In this document: in pieces, positions 24,729 through 37,862 of the stretch
How the letters are laid out: each line of letters opens with the position of its first letter
Position numbering within the stretch: position 1 is the stretch's first letter
Assembly (NCBI GenBank): GCA_000182565.2
Contig: KQ257458.1
DNA from: Spizellomyces punctatus DAOM BR117
Taxonomy: Eukaryota
DNA length: 64,000 nt
Strand: one strand, 5' to 3'
Notes under the pieces: model-generated
What the model was told of the DNA's origin: nothing
The model's input: the letters and a program-made list of their open reading frames with translations, nothing else
The model's database searches: none
Made by a program: the position numbers and the translations under genes

Positions 24729-27700
24729 ATGACAATAGAGTTTACCTTAAGGAATGCCTTGTCGAAGATTGATTCCGAGAAAGCAAAGGTGAGGTAAACC
24801 GCTTTCGACATTTAAGCTATAAATGTTTCCCTAACATTGTTTAGGACCGAGACTCCGGCCTTGCGACCCTAAAAACTCTGCTATCAGATGATCGTAACGT
24901 GTTGGACGTCGATGAAGGCACCTGGAAGACAATTTTTGAAAGTTTCTGTAGGTAAGTTTTCCATATAATCCACAGCGATCTGTATTTTCGTCGTAATGTT
25001 TGCATGAAGATGCGTAGAGAAGCAGAAGGCGCTCTTCTTAACGAAATCCTCGGGCACATCCAAGGCCAGCAGTCAAAACGCCGCTGCGAGGGCCCAAAAA
25101 GCATTGAGCGAGCTTGGTCAAGATTTTCGCTGGCTTTGTGAGCGTGCCCATAGATCTCTGAAATGCGCTTTGGTTAGACCAATTCTGGAGCATATTCTTG
25201 CAGTGCTACCATACCGTCATGGCCTCTTTAAACCTCTCGCAGTGTCATACACTAGAGCTCTCCGGCAGATGCTCTCGTGCCGCTCGTACAGGGATCATAT
25301 TCCGTTGAATGGCTGGGACGCTCTTACGAATCTTTGCATGAACGGACTGAATGCTGAGGATGAGGACGGCGATAGTTCATCTGGATTCGAATCCGTTGAG
25401 ACACCTTCACCTACGTCCTTGCCTAACTTTCGTAGCTCGAGGCGGTCAACATCGGCCGATAGTATCGAGCTTGCCCGAATAATGGCTCTGCTGGTAATCG
25501 GATGTCCAAAAGATTTGGGCTCCTGTGCCGACTCCTTTTTGGAGTTTTTTGGTTGCTACTTTGCGCGCCATTTACACGAGACACCTTGCCATACTCCCCT
25601 GCTGACAGCAACGAACCACTTGCTTTTCGAAACAGCTCACCAGAATATGCAAGCGGTAGAGGACTTTCTGTCAACAGCCATACCACATCTGTTACCCCTA
25701 TGGGAAAGTCGCTCAAACCACACATTCCGTTATCAATTATTGTGTATTATGCGGTTCTATCTCCATGTCGCGTCTACCACGAATCCGGCTCCGGACTGGC
25801 AGACTAACTGCTCGCAAATTTATGAATGCGTTCAGCGCGAAATGAGCAGCAAGTTCGGCTTTGGTCCACTCTCGAGTATAGCTCTCTTTGTTTGGGCAAT
25901 CAGAAAACGGCAGCCAGATTTTTTGGTCCCTATCACGAAAGAAGACTTGCTCGTATATAATCACATTTCACCCAAAGATATGATGACTTTTGCTTTTCTG
26001 GACCTGTGCTCGGACGTCTTCTTCCATGTACTTGCACTGGAGGCGAAACCTGAGAAGGACCAAACCCACGGTCATGATATCACGCCGGCTCAGGATGATG
26101 TCTCCGACACGTTGAGCAAACGGAAGAAAACAAAGAGAAGCGATGTCGTAGCTGATATCACACGCATACTGGCGCTGAAGGCTGCGAGTAAGGATGAGAA
26201 GATTGCCCTATTGCAAGCTGTGACACTGCTGCTCGTCAAACATGGGTCCCACGTATCAGAAAAACTGTCCAATGTGACTGCCAGCTTGAGCAGCATTGCT
26301 GCCGGTGCCGACATTGATTTGCAAGGATGGGCATTGATATGCCTTGGGATATATGGAATGTCCGCTGACTCGAGAACATTTCCATTCACGGGTTGGGAAA
26401 TAGCGTGGAATACCTCTGTGCGACTCATGGTCACGGATACACCCGCAGCCGAGGCTGCATTTTACGCAATGGAAGTTATCACTGAAAAACAATTGATATC
26501 GGAAGAGATCATCGTCGGAGCGAAGGCGGAGATCTTGAGGGCTATGCGCGATGGTGTCCTGGTACCATCACCTGGCTCTCTTCATTTCCTGCTGCGGTAC
26601 ATCGAGTGGACTACAGCAGCTGGAGATGCTGCTTCCGGCGATCAGGCATTTCCCATACAGGAAGTGGCGTCATGGGTTTTGGCACCTTCAAATGCTTCAT
26701 CAAACACGAATAATCTATCAAGGAACCAGTTGATTACACCCCGAATATTGGCTTCGTTACTGCTATCCTTATGTGGGGTGCCATCAACGGGCTATGAGCG
26801 AACATTCGATGCTGTCGACGCCGTACCAGTACGTATTTGCGGAGGAGAAGAGCACTTGTCAGAGTGGCGATTGTCATTGGTGAAGATACTATGGAAAGAC
26901 ATTGTTAATGAGGACTTTGAGCATTTGTCCAAATTGAAATCGCAGGTGCGAGTGCCACTGCCAAAGGATAGGACAGGGTTGGCGCACCAGGGCATCTGCG
27001 TCTTGAAGGGATTGGAGGAGCATTTGCAGAATCTACTCAGTTGTTGGGACAGGATTGAAATATCAAAAGTCAAGCCAAGTGCTGAGCAAAGCGATACACT
27101 GGGGCGAATCGTTAGACAATCATTGGATGCCTTGTCCACTACTATTTTCGTTTCGCGTCGAATGTCGTACACCGGCGACACGGCGAGACGTCATGTTAAC
27201 GAGTCAAACCTCGCATTGCTGTTGTCAGCCATAGCTGCTAGGCTAAATGAAGGTCTCCGCCAGCTTAATGGGTGCGATAGCTTTGTAGGCATTCTTGAAC
27301 GGCTAGTGCAGATACTGACTGAGTGCCATGACTGCATGGAGGGAGACTGTGTTGCTCCCACGTCTGTATCTACACGGCCGGCAGAAACGCATTGGTATCC
27401 TCTTTGGCCAATGCCAGTTGATACTGGTATTGCCCTCATGGCTGTCATGCAAGCGATGTTTCATGCTGACGTCAAACGAAGAGGTGTTGCAAACAATCAA
27501 ACCACAAAATCATCTACAGCGGCGTTCGATGAATTTGATAGCCCAGACACAACTGTCGGTGGAGGGAGCGGCGCTGTAATCACCTCGTTACAGATGGAGT
27601 ACTTTTATGGGACATCATCGACACCTGTTGGGACGGTTATAGAAAGAGACTCACTCATGTTGCGGGCCATGCGACTTCTGTATAGTATGAATTGGGGCCA

Positions 27701-30700
27701 AGCAGCATCTGCAGAATTGGGTTCATTGCGGAATATGATTGAAAATACAGTGGCGACCGCAATCCCGACAGACACGGTTGACTTGTTTCATTTAGGTTTC
27801 GAGATCGTCGATTTTCTGGAGTGCGCATCTGCCATCCATCTGACGACAGGTGAGTGATGGTTTATAAGATGCAAGTCAGCCGTAAGGATACTGATTTCCA
27901 CACCATACAGATCAATGTCGAATTGTTATCGAGAGGAGTGCTGACCTTTTATCAACTTATGATAGCGAGAGGAACCAGTGGGTCTGGATCTATATCATAC
28001 GAAGTTTAAAGTCCCTACTGCCCGCGTTGGTAAAAGCCACGGAGGAGGCGGACCTTACCGATCAAGTTGGTAGTTTCCTTGCGTATTTTATGAAGAAGGT
28101 ATCTGGCAACACAGTTTGCTGGCGCGTGTGTTTAGAGTTAGGGCAATTACTTCTCAGGTACCTGTTACTCGATCCTGGTCAGGTAACTGCTTGCTTATAT
28201 TTGATGACAAGGCTTTCGGGATCAACAACGTAGTTTCCTTTCAGGGGTATTTTAGGCGATGTCTCGGATCCGACAGCAAGGACTCAGCCTTGGTCATTGT
28301 CCTCGGACTCTTGACGCATGAAGAATTCATTGTTCGAATCCGTATGGGCCACGATGTGCCAAAGATCTTTGGCATTTTCGACCCAGAGGACCATTCAAAC
28401 ATTTTTAATGACATTCACGATACCCTAGCCAAGAATTGCTTTGGATATCTGCATCTCTTGAGTAACATTCTCACTCTCGGGGAGGTGTTCTTGGTGACTG
28501 AGCAAGAGCGCGCCAGCGTATTGCTCTCCTTGCTCCATATGAGCAAAGAAGACGATGCACAGCACATGGTGGAGGCCATTATAGAAGTTGTAGCACATCG
28601 GTTGAGCCTGAAGGACGGAACGCACCTTTTGTCGGAACTGTTGCCACATGTGCTGTGGGCCTGGGATGACGACATCGGCAAATTCCCCTTTGGACTGTTG
28701 ACGATTCATTCGGCGAGCGATTTCTTCATTGCGTATGCGGAACATATTGTGCCCAAGTTGCTGCTCTCCAGTGATTTCGATTCTGTAAGAACGCTTATTA
28801 AAGAAAGTGGGGGTGACGCACTTCGAATCTTGAAAAGGGCCTTGCCATGGTCAATGGTAAGATACCATGCTGGCTAAGGATTACTTTGATGTAGCATTAA
28901 TCACTTCTTATTCAGGCTTATTTACTACCCCGACTGATTGATGGGGGCTTGCTCAAGGGAAGAATCGGGCAATCTGCGAAAGCGAGGACAGCAGAAGCCG
29001 CAATTCGCTTTATGAAAGACTTGATGGGTGACGAAATGTTTAACATTGAACTGACGAAAAGAACTCCGCGAATTATTGCGAATTTGTTAAAGTCTGTCTT
29101 CGACTCGAAAGCCATGGCAACATGTATCGATGATTCAGAGTACTCCATTCTAAGTGAAGCTCTCCAAAGAATGTCTGTCCCAGCTACCGGCAGCGCTGCA
29201 CATCACTCATGCCTATGGAAACATCAGTATCTGCCCTCATTCGACAGTCGTACCATCATTCAATCACTTGAATATTTGCAAACTTTGTATCAAGAGGATC
29301 AACGCGCCACCACTGGAGATTGTACAAGTGCGCTTCATGAGTTCTTCAAGCCGGGTCGCCTACAGAGAGTCTTGCAGGACTTGCACGAGTCTTTAGATCA
29401 GATGGTTTTTGTCCATGACAAGCACCGATTGATTTCGAATGGGTATCGTCTTGTAGTCGCGATCTCTGCTCCGGCATTGATGCACCCGTTTCTTTTTGAA
29501 ACAGTGCTCCAGACGCTACTTCAAAATATGAAGTACCCAGAAATGTCCTCAGTGTGTTGCGTTATTTTGGAATATCTTTATTCTTTTGCGGTAGCGAATG
29601 ATCAATCTGTTATCGGTTCGACCCTAACTTCGATCGCTCCAGCTTTGGCCGAGCAAATATCCACCTATCTGGCTTCGAACACCCAGGAAGCAGCTCTCAG
29701 GGTGAAGACCCTACTTGACAGTATTTTGGACCTTTGCTGGAAAGTTGATCAAAGAATCGTCACGCTCTCCATACTCCAGCTTGATTCCAATCTGTCCTTG
29801 TTCGAGGGTCTGCGAGACAGACATGGGGCGACGAAATGTGATGGAGATCCCCAGTTGGTGTTAAGTTTAGTGGCGTTAGGGGATGCAACGGCATCGGCGC
29901 AGCTTGCCAGAGTTAGATACCTCCGACGTGCGCTGGAGAGTACAGATCTGGTTAACAGATTACGCATATCCGAAGATACGGTGAGTGTAGTTATAGCGCA
30001 TTTGCAAGCAATGCTGCATAGCACGCAATGCGATGACGTTTTAACGGAAGAGATCGTTAAATGTCTGGGAAGGCTGTCGCCGGTGGTAACCCACCGCGCG
30101 GTTAAGTACGATTATTCCATCTCGCGACATCTTGGAAACACAGGACCTGTAACTCGCAAACTTGCTGTTGGCTCTCCCGGACACCGCGTGGCTCTCAGTT
30201 ACCTCCAAAAACACTTAATGGACTCCGACGTGAAGCAAGTCAGCATTGTAGTTCGAACGCTCAGACAGCTGCTATCGTGTGACGCTGGAAACTATGCTTT
30301 TGAAAGTCTTGAGCTCGATGTGTCCAAATACATTAATATATTTCGGGGGAAGATCGCACCGAAGACCAAAGTTTTGGCAACTCAACGCGCATATCCTCCG
30401 CTTGAGGATTTAGACGTCAGCTTGCCGACATCCGACACATCCATGCACCCGAACGCTCATATTCAGACCTTCGACGACTGGACGGTTACGTTGGCCAACA
30501 GCTTGATAGCCTCATATCCAACGGATGAGTTCTATCCAAATCTCGGACTATGCTTTGAATTTCGACCGGCCTTTGCGGACATGATGCTCCCTTACCTAAT
30601 TCATAGCGCATTGTTGTTTGAGGCGGAAACAATCAAGGGATCGACCAAAAGAAAGCTGCCCATGTCGTTGAGAACGCTACTGTCCGAAAAGGTGAAGGCC

Positions 30701-33700
30701 ATCATGGAACAGAATCAAAAATTAGATTCACGCATTCTTTCGTCACTGTTAAATGTTATTGAGGTGAGGGGGAAACATTGTCAAAACAAATTGCAGCGAG
30801 TAATTTGGTCACTCATGAACTTCCTCTAGTTCCTCAGAACCCAACCTCACCCGTGTAGCGCTACACCGTTTGATAACAACGCTTGGCTGGACCTGGATTT
30901 CCTCTGCGTAGCGCAAGCTGCCGCGAAAACTCGATCCTTTGCAACCGCGCTTCTGTTTCTAGAAATATCACAGGAGAAGAACAAGAGATTATGGGCCCCA
31001 GCGCTGCCCATTAACCAAACGAATCAGTGTGACACACAGTCACTCGCTAGGCTCCTGCTTGATGTCTATCAAGCCATTGGGGATTCTGATGGTTTCGAAG
31101 GCGTGATGACGTCTATCGGGTCGGAAACGATGCTGGATGATCCATCATCGCTCGTTCAAAAGTATGAACATGATCGGGCATGGCAGAAGCTTTTTAGCTT
31201 TCGAGAGACTCAGCTTCAAGTTGGACATATTGTCAATGCGAAGAAAGATAATCTCAGTATTGAGATTGGATTGATGAAATCGTTAGGCAGTTTAGGCTTC
31301 CACCATGTGCTAGACACATACATTCGAGGATACAGTAATCAGCAGCAGGGGACACCAATGGACCAGCAAATGCGCGAATTACATTATGAAAGCCTGTGGC
31401 GAACTGCACGTTGGGAAATGCCCACTGATAGAGCTCGTTCCGGTAAGGGAGCTGGACATGCATGGAGGTCTGACCACATATATAACCCATGTTCACATAG
31501 GTCATCCGCAATCTCAAGAACACCTGTACAATTGCATGAAAGCATTCAATGATCGAGACCTTAATGGTTTATCGTCTTTCCTTTCTTCCGCGCTCAGAAG
31601 AATGGGAGATGTTGTCCGCGGACACAGTTTACGTGGAACACTCAATCCTTTTCCGGTGATTCGCCCTTTGCTAATGTTTACTGAGCTTGATGAGCTGGCT
31701 AGTGTGGCGAAGGCGGTGAACATAGAAGCCTTACAATCGCTTATGCAGCGGTGGAAATTGCGCATAGTTATCCTCTCAGACCGGCAAAGCTTTCCAGAAT
31801 TGGAACCTGTCCTCGCCAGCCGCACTTCCACTCTTTCTGTCCTCGTTTCTCAGTATTGCACTCACAAACGAAGCGATGACGTGTTTTCGATCGGTGCTAC
31901 TAGGGCTCTTTGTGAACATTTCTTAGGGTATGCGGAGCTTGCACGAAAGGCAGGAAACCTACAGATTGCAAACGCTGCCCACGCAAGGCTCAGCGCCGTC
32001 GTAGCTAATGCGATTGGTAACCAGCTGCTCTTACCAACGGACAAATTACAGGCACTGATGAAGCTAGAGGGTCTTAAGAGTTTATGGGCTCAAGATGATC
32101 GTACGGTTGCCACTCGATCGTTGAAGCACTTTCTACAATTGCACGCGAACGACCAAGCCCGAACGACAGGTGTTAGCTTGAGTAGAGACATTGAGGCGGA
32201 ACTCTTGTATCAATTAGGACAATGGGTCGCCGAAACACGATTTGAGCCGCCAACAACCATATTAAAGGATTATTTTGAACCGGCAGTGCAAGCCAGTGCT
32301 CTAACAAACTACGGCAAACTGCGGGCCAAGGCACACTACCATCTCGCAAAATTCGCAGACGGGCAGTATCAAGAGTTACTTGTGAACGACCCACGAGAGC
32401 AGATACGAGAGCATGTTCGCTACAAGCAGAGTGAAGCTAATGCATGTGAGGATTTGTCCAAGCAATATGCTGGACGGGATGCTAATGCGGCAAAACGATA
32501 TGCGCACATACGTGAGAAGATGCTTTCACAGATCAAGCTTGACATGGCTGAAGAAGGCCGCTACATGGACGACAGAAATACCTTCTTGGAGAAGAGCGTG
32601 GAGAACTATTTGCAAAGTTTAGAGTACGGCCACACCCACTCGGAAATGTGCGTCTTTAGGCTATGCACATTGTGGTTTGCTAATGTTGAGCGGAATCAAA
32701 TCAACGCCCAGATGCTGGGGTACATTGAGCGGATCCAGTCCTGGAAATTTTTGGTGCTCATGTATCAGCTATCAGCCCGGCTTACATCTAGGCCGCCCGC
32801 GCAAGAGGCGCAGTTCCAGTCGGTGCTCCAACGATTGATATACAAAATGACCAAGGACCATCCTCACCACACGTTATATCAAATCATTGCCCTGAAGAAC
32901 GGGAATCAGTATGGTTCTCCTTCGTCATCGAGACAGCGTACACCTGAATCAACACCGACTGTTACAGCGGCCAAAGGGCTTTTACAGAAACTAAGCGCTC
33001 CGGAAGCACTGGGTGACCTGGTGACTCGGGTTGACCGGTTATGCGATGCGTACATTGAGTTGGCGTGGCGAGTTATTTCAACAGCAATGTTGAAGGAATC
33101 ACGCGTCCTTCCGTTAGACAAGAGATCAAAGATTGCAGGCATTGCAAAATACGGTCTTGATGTTCCCATTGCTACGGTTGAGCATCCCGTCAACCGGAGT
33201 TGCCGCTATGATGATTTGCCGCGGATTCAGGGTTTCAAAGGGAATTTTGCAGTTCCCGGTGGAATCAATATGCCAAAGCGAGTTGATTGTGTTGGGACTG
33301 ATGGGAACATCTATACGCAATTGGTCAAGGGAAATGGTACGTCCTGTTCTGGTTGAAGGAGTTTCGAATGCCACCCTGTATAGTAATTATTTGCATTAGA
33401 TGATCTCCGACAGGATGGTATGCGACAGCTCAACTCTGGGGATTGTGGCGAATCCTTACTCACCTTATTTTACAGCGGTGCTATCAAAGATCTTCACTAT
33501 CATGAATGTTCTTTTGAATAAGAATTTGGAAACCAGAAAAAGAAATCTGACGATAAGAACATACAAAGTGGTTCCGTTAGCCCCGCGCGCTGGGCTTGTT
33601 GAATGGGTCCATAATACACTACCCATTGGAGAGTACCTAAGCAAGGCTCATGTGAGGTATGACTGACCTAGGGAAACAAGTGCTCGATGTGATTGTCTGA

Positions 33701-34823
33701 GTCTGACATTGGGATTCTTTTATGAAGCTACAATCCAAAAGACTGGCGGCCGTCAGAATGTCGTGCGCGCATGAACGAGGAACACAAAAAGGGTAACCTT
33801 CAGACGAAGATTACCCTGTATCGACAAATCGAAGGCAATTTCCATCCTGTCTTCAGACATTTCTTTTTTGAAACGTTTCCTGACCCATTGGATTGGTAAC
33901 ATTATGTGCCTAGCATTCATACATCTTCTGGTCATTCTAATTCAATTTACGTGGCAGGTTTGAACGGCGTCTGACATATACTCGAAGTGTTGCCGCGAGT
34001 TCAATGGCCGGCTATGTGGTAGGACTGGGGGATCGACACGCTCAGAATATTCTGATCGACAAAGGGACAGCTGAAGTCGTGCACATCGATTTGGGCATTG
34101 CCTTTGATCAGGGCCGAATCCTTGCGGTTCCGGAACTCGTTCCCTTTAGGCTGACCCGGGATATTGGTGAGCTGTCTGCGATTTGATGATCTCATTAGCT
34201 CCTACCAGCCGCTGAAACCATTCTGGCCTCTTGTAGTGGATGGGATGGGGATCACAGGTGTGGAAGGCGCATTCAGACGCTGTTGCGAGGAAACCATGAA
34301 GGTTCTTCGTAATGATTCCGAAATTCTGTTAACTATTCTGGATGTGTTCCGCTATGACCCCCTGTATAACTGGTGCGGAGGTTGTACTTATTGCATCCCC
34401 TTCCTCCTTGTCTTACGGTTTTTCATTCATAGGAAAGTGACACCATTGGAACAGCGTAGGCGACAAGGCGCGCCCGAGGAGCAAGTAGCCATAGACATTC
34501 CTGGGAGAGATGGGACGGTCATAGGGGATGACCGGGGTCAGAACAAGGAGGCGGAGCGAGCATTGTTCGTCGTGCGAAAAAAGCTTTCATCGGGCGTAAG
34601 TGTCGAGTGCCAGATAAATGAGCTCATCCAAACGGCAGTCGACCCAGGGAACCTCAGCAGAATGTATCATGGATGGTAAGAATTTACTAGCTCTTTCTTT
34701 ATTTTCCGATATCTCGCAATCATATTCATTGTCTACTTGAATCGTCCCGCAGGCAGCCATGGTAAGTAATGTTTGGGGTTGACCTGGTTGCGGGGTCGCG
34801 CTAACTTGACATTTAGGATGTGA
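24729..34823 (+). CDS. TEL1: ATM/Tel1 PIKK kinase, multi-exon
   Basis: N-terminal TAN-like [23 protein letters not shown] region, [75 protein letters not shown]. Confidence 0.95.
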
Positions 34824-35018
34824 AGCGATTGGCAGTGGAAGAAGGTTTATGCAAACTGACGTGTCTCATGTCTTAGGAACATGAAGGGTAGTATCTCAGG
34901 CTAGCACCTGCGTGGTCCATGTATATATAAAACCAACGAGAAAATCTGAATCTGTAGATGCAGGTAGCGCATTAGGCAGAACATTTACTTCCATGTGAAT
35001 AGCTCGTGATCTAAATAT

Positions 35019-37862
35019 TTAAGCCTGCCGCCCGCCATGGTGTTTCGCCTTGGCCGCCAACATCGCGACAGCTTTGGCTGCTTCATTTGATATTTCGTTC
35101 CAATCATCAAACCCTTCAGGTGCCTGTGATTGATAGTTTCGGCTCCAGATACTATAAGGGTGCGTTGTTGGACGTGGCGTGTCATCTTCCAAGTGTTCAA
35201 TGTCGTGTGCTGCCGAACCGCGTGAAGCTTTCGACGCTGGTGCGGTTGCAGCTCGCCCTACAGGCTTCTCCTCCCAGTCCGAAAACACTCCAGATACAGG
35301 TCGGTTGGTTAATTTGGAGGGTTTGATAAACGAACTTAGTGCTCCTTGAGATCCGGATGGTTTCAGCGTCCCAGGATGCATCTCACGAGGGCCTGACGGC
35401 GACACATTTGGTCTCGATCCAAAAGCGTGGGCTTCACCCATCTGCCTAGGTCCCTTTGGGACCGTCCGCTCGCGCGTAAGAACAGGGGAATCTGATGGCG
35501 ACTGGATGGTCGTGGATCGGAATAGCAAAGCGCTTCCTAATGCTTGTCCAATCACCGGTTGTGGCTGAAGTGTATCTCTTGCGTCCATACCTGGGGGATG
35601 TGGGCCAGCCATTGAACACAGCATTTCTTCTGACTGGCGTTTTTTACTGTCGAGCATACTGGATTTGTGTTTTCTGAACCATCCCTGTGCGCTGGGTCCA
35701 GCGTATGCGTTCGCGGGACGCGCTAGCGATGAGGTGGCCTTTGAAGCTTCTAACGGCGCACCGCGTCGATGTCGAATATGGTCACCGATTACCCAGACAC
35801 AAACTCGAATCAAGCCCATAAAGAAAACCAGCGACCCAAATCCGAATATTGCGAGAAAGGGAAGGATCTGCTGACGAAGGCTGTTGCGATATGACTCAAG
35901 AAAAGCTTCAACTTCCCTTTTGAAGATGCTCTCTTCATCGTCACTTACAGTGGTTGAATTTGCGTCATCCCGTCGCACACGTCTGACAAGAGTTCCATTG
36001 GTAGTCGCATTGCTGTTCTCAGTCGACCCATCCATCGTCGCATTAGTATTAGCCGCAGGCGAGGTGTCCATGATACTCTGCGCTGTTTGCAGCTGCCGAC
36101 GGATAGCATCATCATCCAATCCGGCAATCATGTTGAGGTGAATCCTCGGAAGGGTAAGGTGGGATTTCGTCGTGAGAGCTTCGAACACCGCTTCAAGAGT
36201 CCGGATTTTAGATCCCACAACACAGTTTGCAAAAGCAACAAGCGCCGTTTTGAGTGGCGGAACGGATCCAAAAGCTGAGTTTAGGGCATTGTTAAATCCT
36301 TGTTCGAACGTGGACATGGTGTTATTGATGGCATCTATGATGTTGCCTATCCATCCAAAAAGCACTCGATTTGTGGTAGTCTCAACCAAGTCGATCTGAT
36401 TGTTTGTTGCGTCTACATAGGGTTGTGCTACGCCATAAACTTCTGCAACCACAGTTCGTACAAGTTTATCCATGGACGCGTGAATTCCTTCGCTGACGGC
36501 TTGAGCGGTTTTCTCTTTAACTATGTCGATCATCCACATTTGGAGCAGCACCATACCAAGCCCTAAAAGGCCTGCGCAGACACACAATAAGCTCGGTTTG
36601 TGTGAAACGTAATCGACAAACCAATGGAATCGAACACGGCTCCTTTCCGATCGAAACAGAAATTTAGTAAGTCGGTCCATCCAACGATACTTGGCCGGAC
36701 TACCCGCTGCATGGATCAAATCTCGAGCCGTTGCATGGAGAGCGGCCTTTTCATCTTTCGTGGTGCTGATCCCAGGCCGCCCTTCCAGAACTGGTGTTTG
36801 ATTGATTCCTTTATGATCTTGCAGTATCTTTGCATAGAGTCGCACACTTTTTTCAAACTGCCAATGGTCGTAGACGACCGTCACCATGTTTGCAAGAATG
36901 GAGAAGAAGGCTATGGCAGCCACCAACCCTGCGCCAAGAAGCAGGGCCAAATTTAGCGCATGCACCAGTTCATCGATCCACCCGTAATCCATTGCATCAT
37001 CGCAGAACTGGACGTGGCCTGCCACTGCAGGTATAGGAACAAGTTTCGCATCATTGGCAATACCCTTCAAATCTCCCAATTGGTCGTCAATCAACCCTTC
37101 TAATAGCCCGAAAGGTTTGGATATGAGCGTAGCGAGTTGTTCCCCCAAGTCCTCAAATGATGGTACTTCATTCGACAAGTTTTTCAATGTATTCACAAAG
37201 TCGTCCGGAATTTGGAAATTGAGTTTGTTGCTAACGGACGGGAATCTTACTGGCTGAAAAACTCCTCCATCTACATGCCCTCCAAACACATCTGCGATTG
37301 TATTGATCGCATCGCCTAGCCGGTCTACAAAGTTCTGCAACTGCCCATTCAGAACATCCAAACTTTTTTCCAAAGCATTTGAAATAACCGCTAACTGAGT
37401 GTTTAGGAAATCGGTGATCTGTTCGGCGTACATTGCAACCGTGTTGACTGCCAGCCCGACAAACGCATCCAGGATACAAAACAGGAGATTCGTATAACTT
37501 TGCAAAACCATAAGGACCAACTCGTTCAGCATGGCCACGGCACCGGAAAGCATTTTTGCTGTACTTGACGTGATGGCATTTATCGAGTCGACGGTCGCCT
37601 GATTGAAGCCTGCGGCGGCATAGTGTGGAACCGACGCCATGGCAGTGGCTGCAACTTCCATGCCGTTACATCCGCTACGCAATCGCTGCTTGGTCTCTTC
37701 GCCTTTTTCTTTCACGGTTTGTGCTAGGATGAGTAGGGTGTATAGAACGACGACCAAGGCAAACACAATATGCGTCACAAAGGCTCGACTGAGCTTCGCA
37801 CTGAGACCAACATAGGGTCCTTCGCTTTCAGTGTCTTCATTGAGAGTCATCGTTGATCCCAT
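35019..37862 (-). CDS. PRM1: Plasma-membrane fusion protein Prm1 homologue (947 aa, single coding exon)
   Basis: PYVGLSAKLSRAF plus TM, CNGMEVAATAMASVPHY, four spaced extracellular Cys (CNG, FCILD, FCDD, NCVVGSKI), WFVDYVSH, about four TM segments. Confidence 0.85.
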   Translation of the reverse strand: MGSTMTLNEDTESEGPYVGLSAKLSRAFVTHIVFALVVVLYTLLILAQTVKEKGEETKQRLRSGCNGMEVAATAMASVPHYAAAGFNQATVDSINAITSSTAKMLSGAVAMLNELVLMVLQSYTNLLFCILDAFVGLAVNTVAMYAEQITDFLNTQLAVISNALEKSLDVLNGQLQNFVDRLGDAINTIADVFGGHVDGGVFQPVRFPSVSNKLNFQIPDDFVNTLKNLSNEVPSFEDLGEQLATLISKPFGLLEGLIDDQLGDLKGIANDAKLVPIPAVAGHVQFCDDAMDYGWIDELVHALNLALLLGAGLVAAIAFFSILANMVTVVYDHWQFEKSVRLYAKILQDHKGINQTPVLEGRPGISTTKDEKAALHATARDLIHAAGSPAKYRWMDRLTKFLFRSERSRVRFHWFVDYVSHKPSLLCVCAGLLGLGMVLLQMWMIDIVKEKTAQAVSEGIHASMDKLVRTVVAEVYGVAQPYVDATNNQIDLVETTTNRVLFGWIGNIIDAINNTMSTFEQGFNNALNSAFGSVPPLKTALVAFANCVVGSKIRTLEAVFEALTTKSHLTLPRIHLNMIAGLDDDAIRRQLQTAQSIMDTSPAANTNATMDGSTENSNATTNGTLVRRVRRDDANSTTVSDDEESIFKREVEAFLESYRNSLRQQILPFLAIFGFGSLVFFMGLIRVCVWVIGDHIRHRRGAPLEASKATSSLARPANAYAGPSAQGWFRKHKSSMLDSKKRQSEEMLCSMAGPHPPGMDARDTLQPQPVIGQALGSALLFRSTTIQSPSDSPVLTRERTVPKGPRQMGEAHAFGSRPNVSPSGPREMHPGTLKPSGSQGALSSFIKPSKLTNRPVSGVFSDWEEKPVGRAATAPASKASRGSAAHDIEHLEDDTPRPTTHPYSIWSRNYQSQAPEGFDDWNEISNEAAKAVAMLAAKAKHHGGRQA

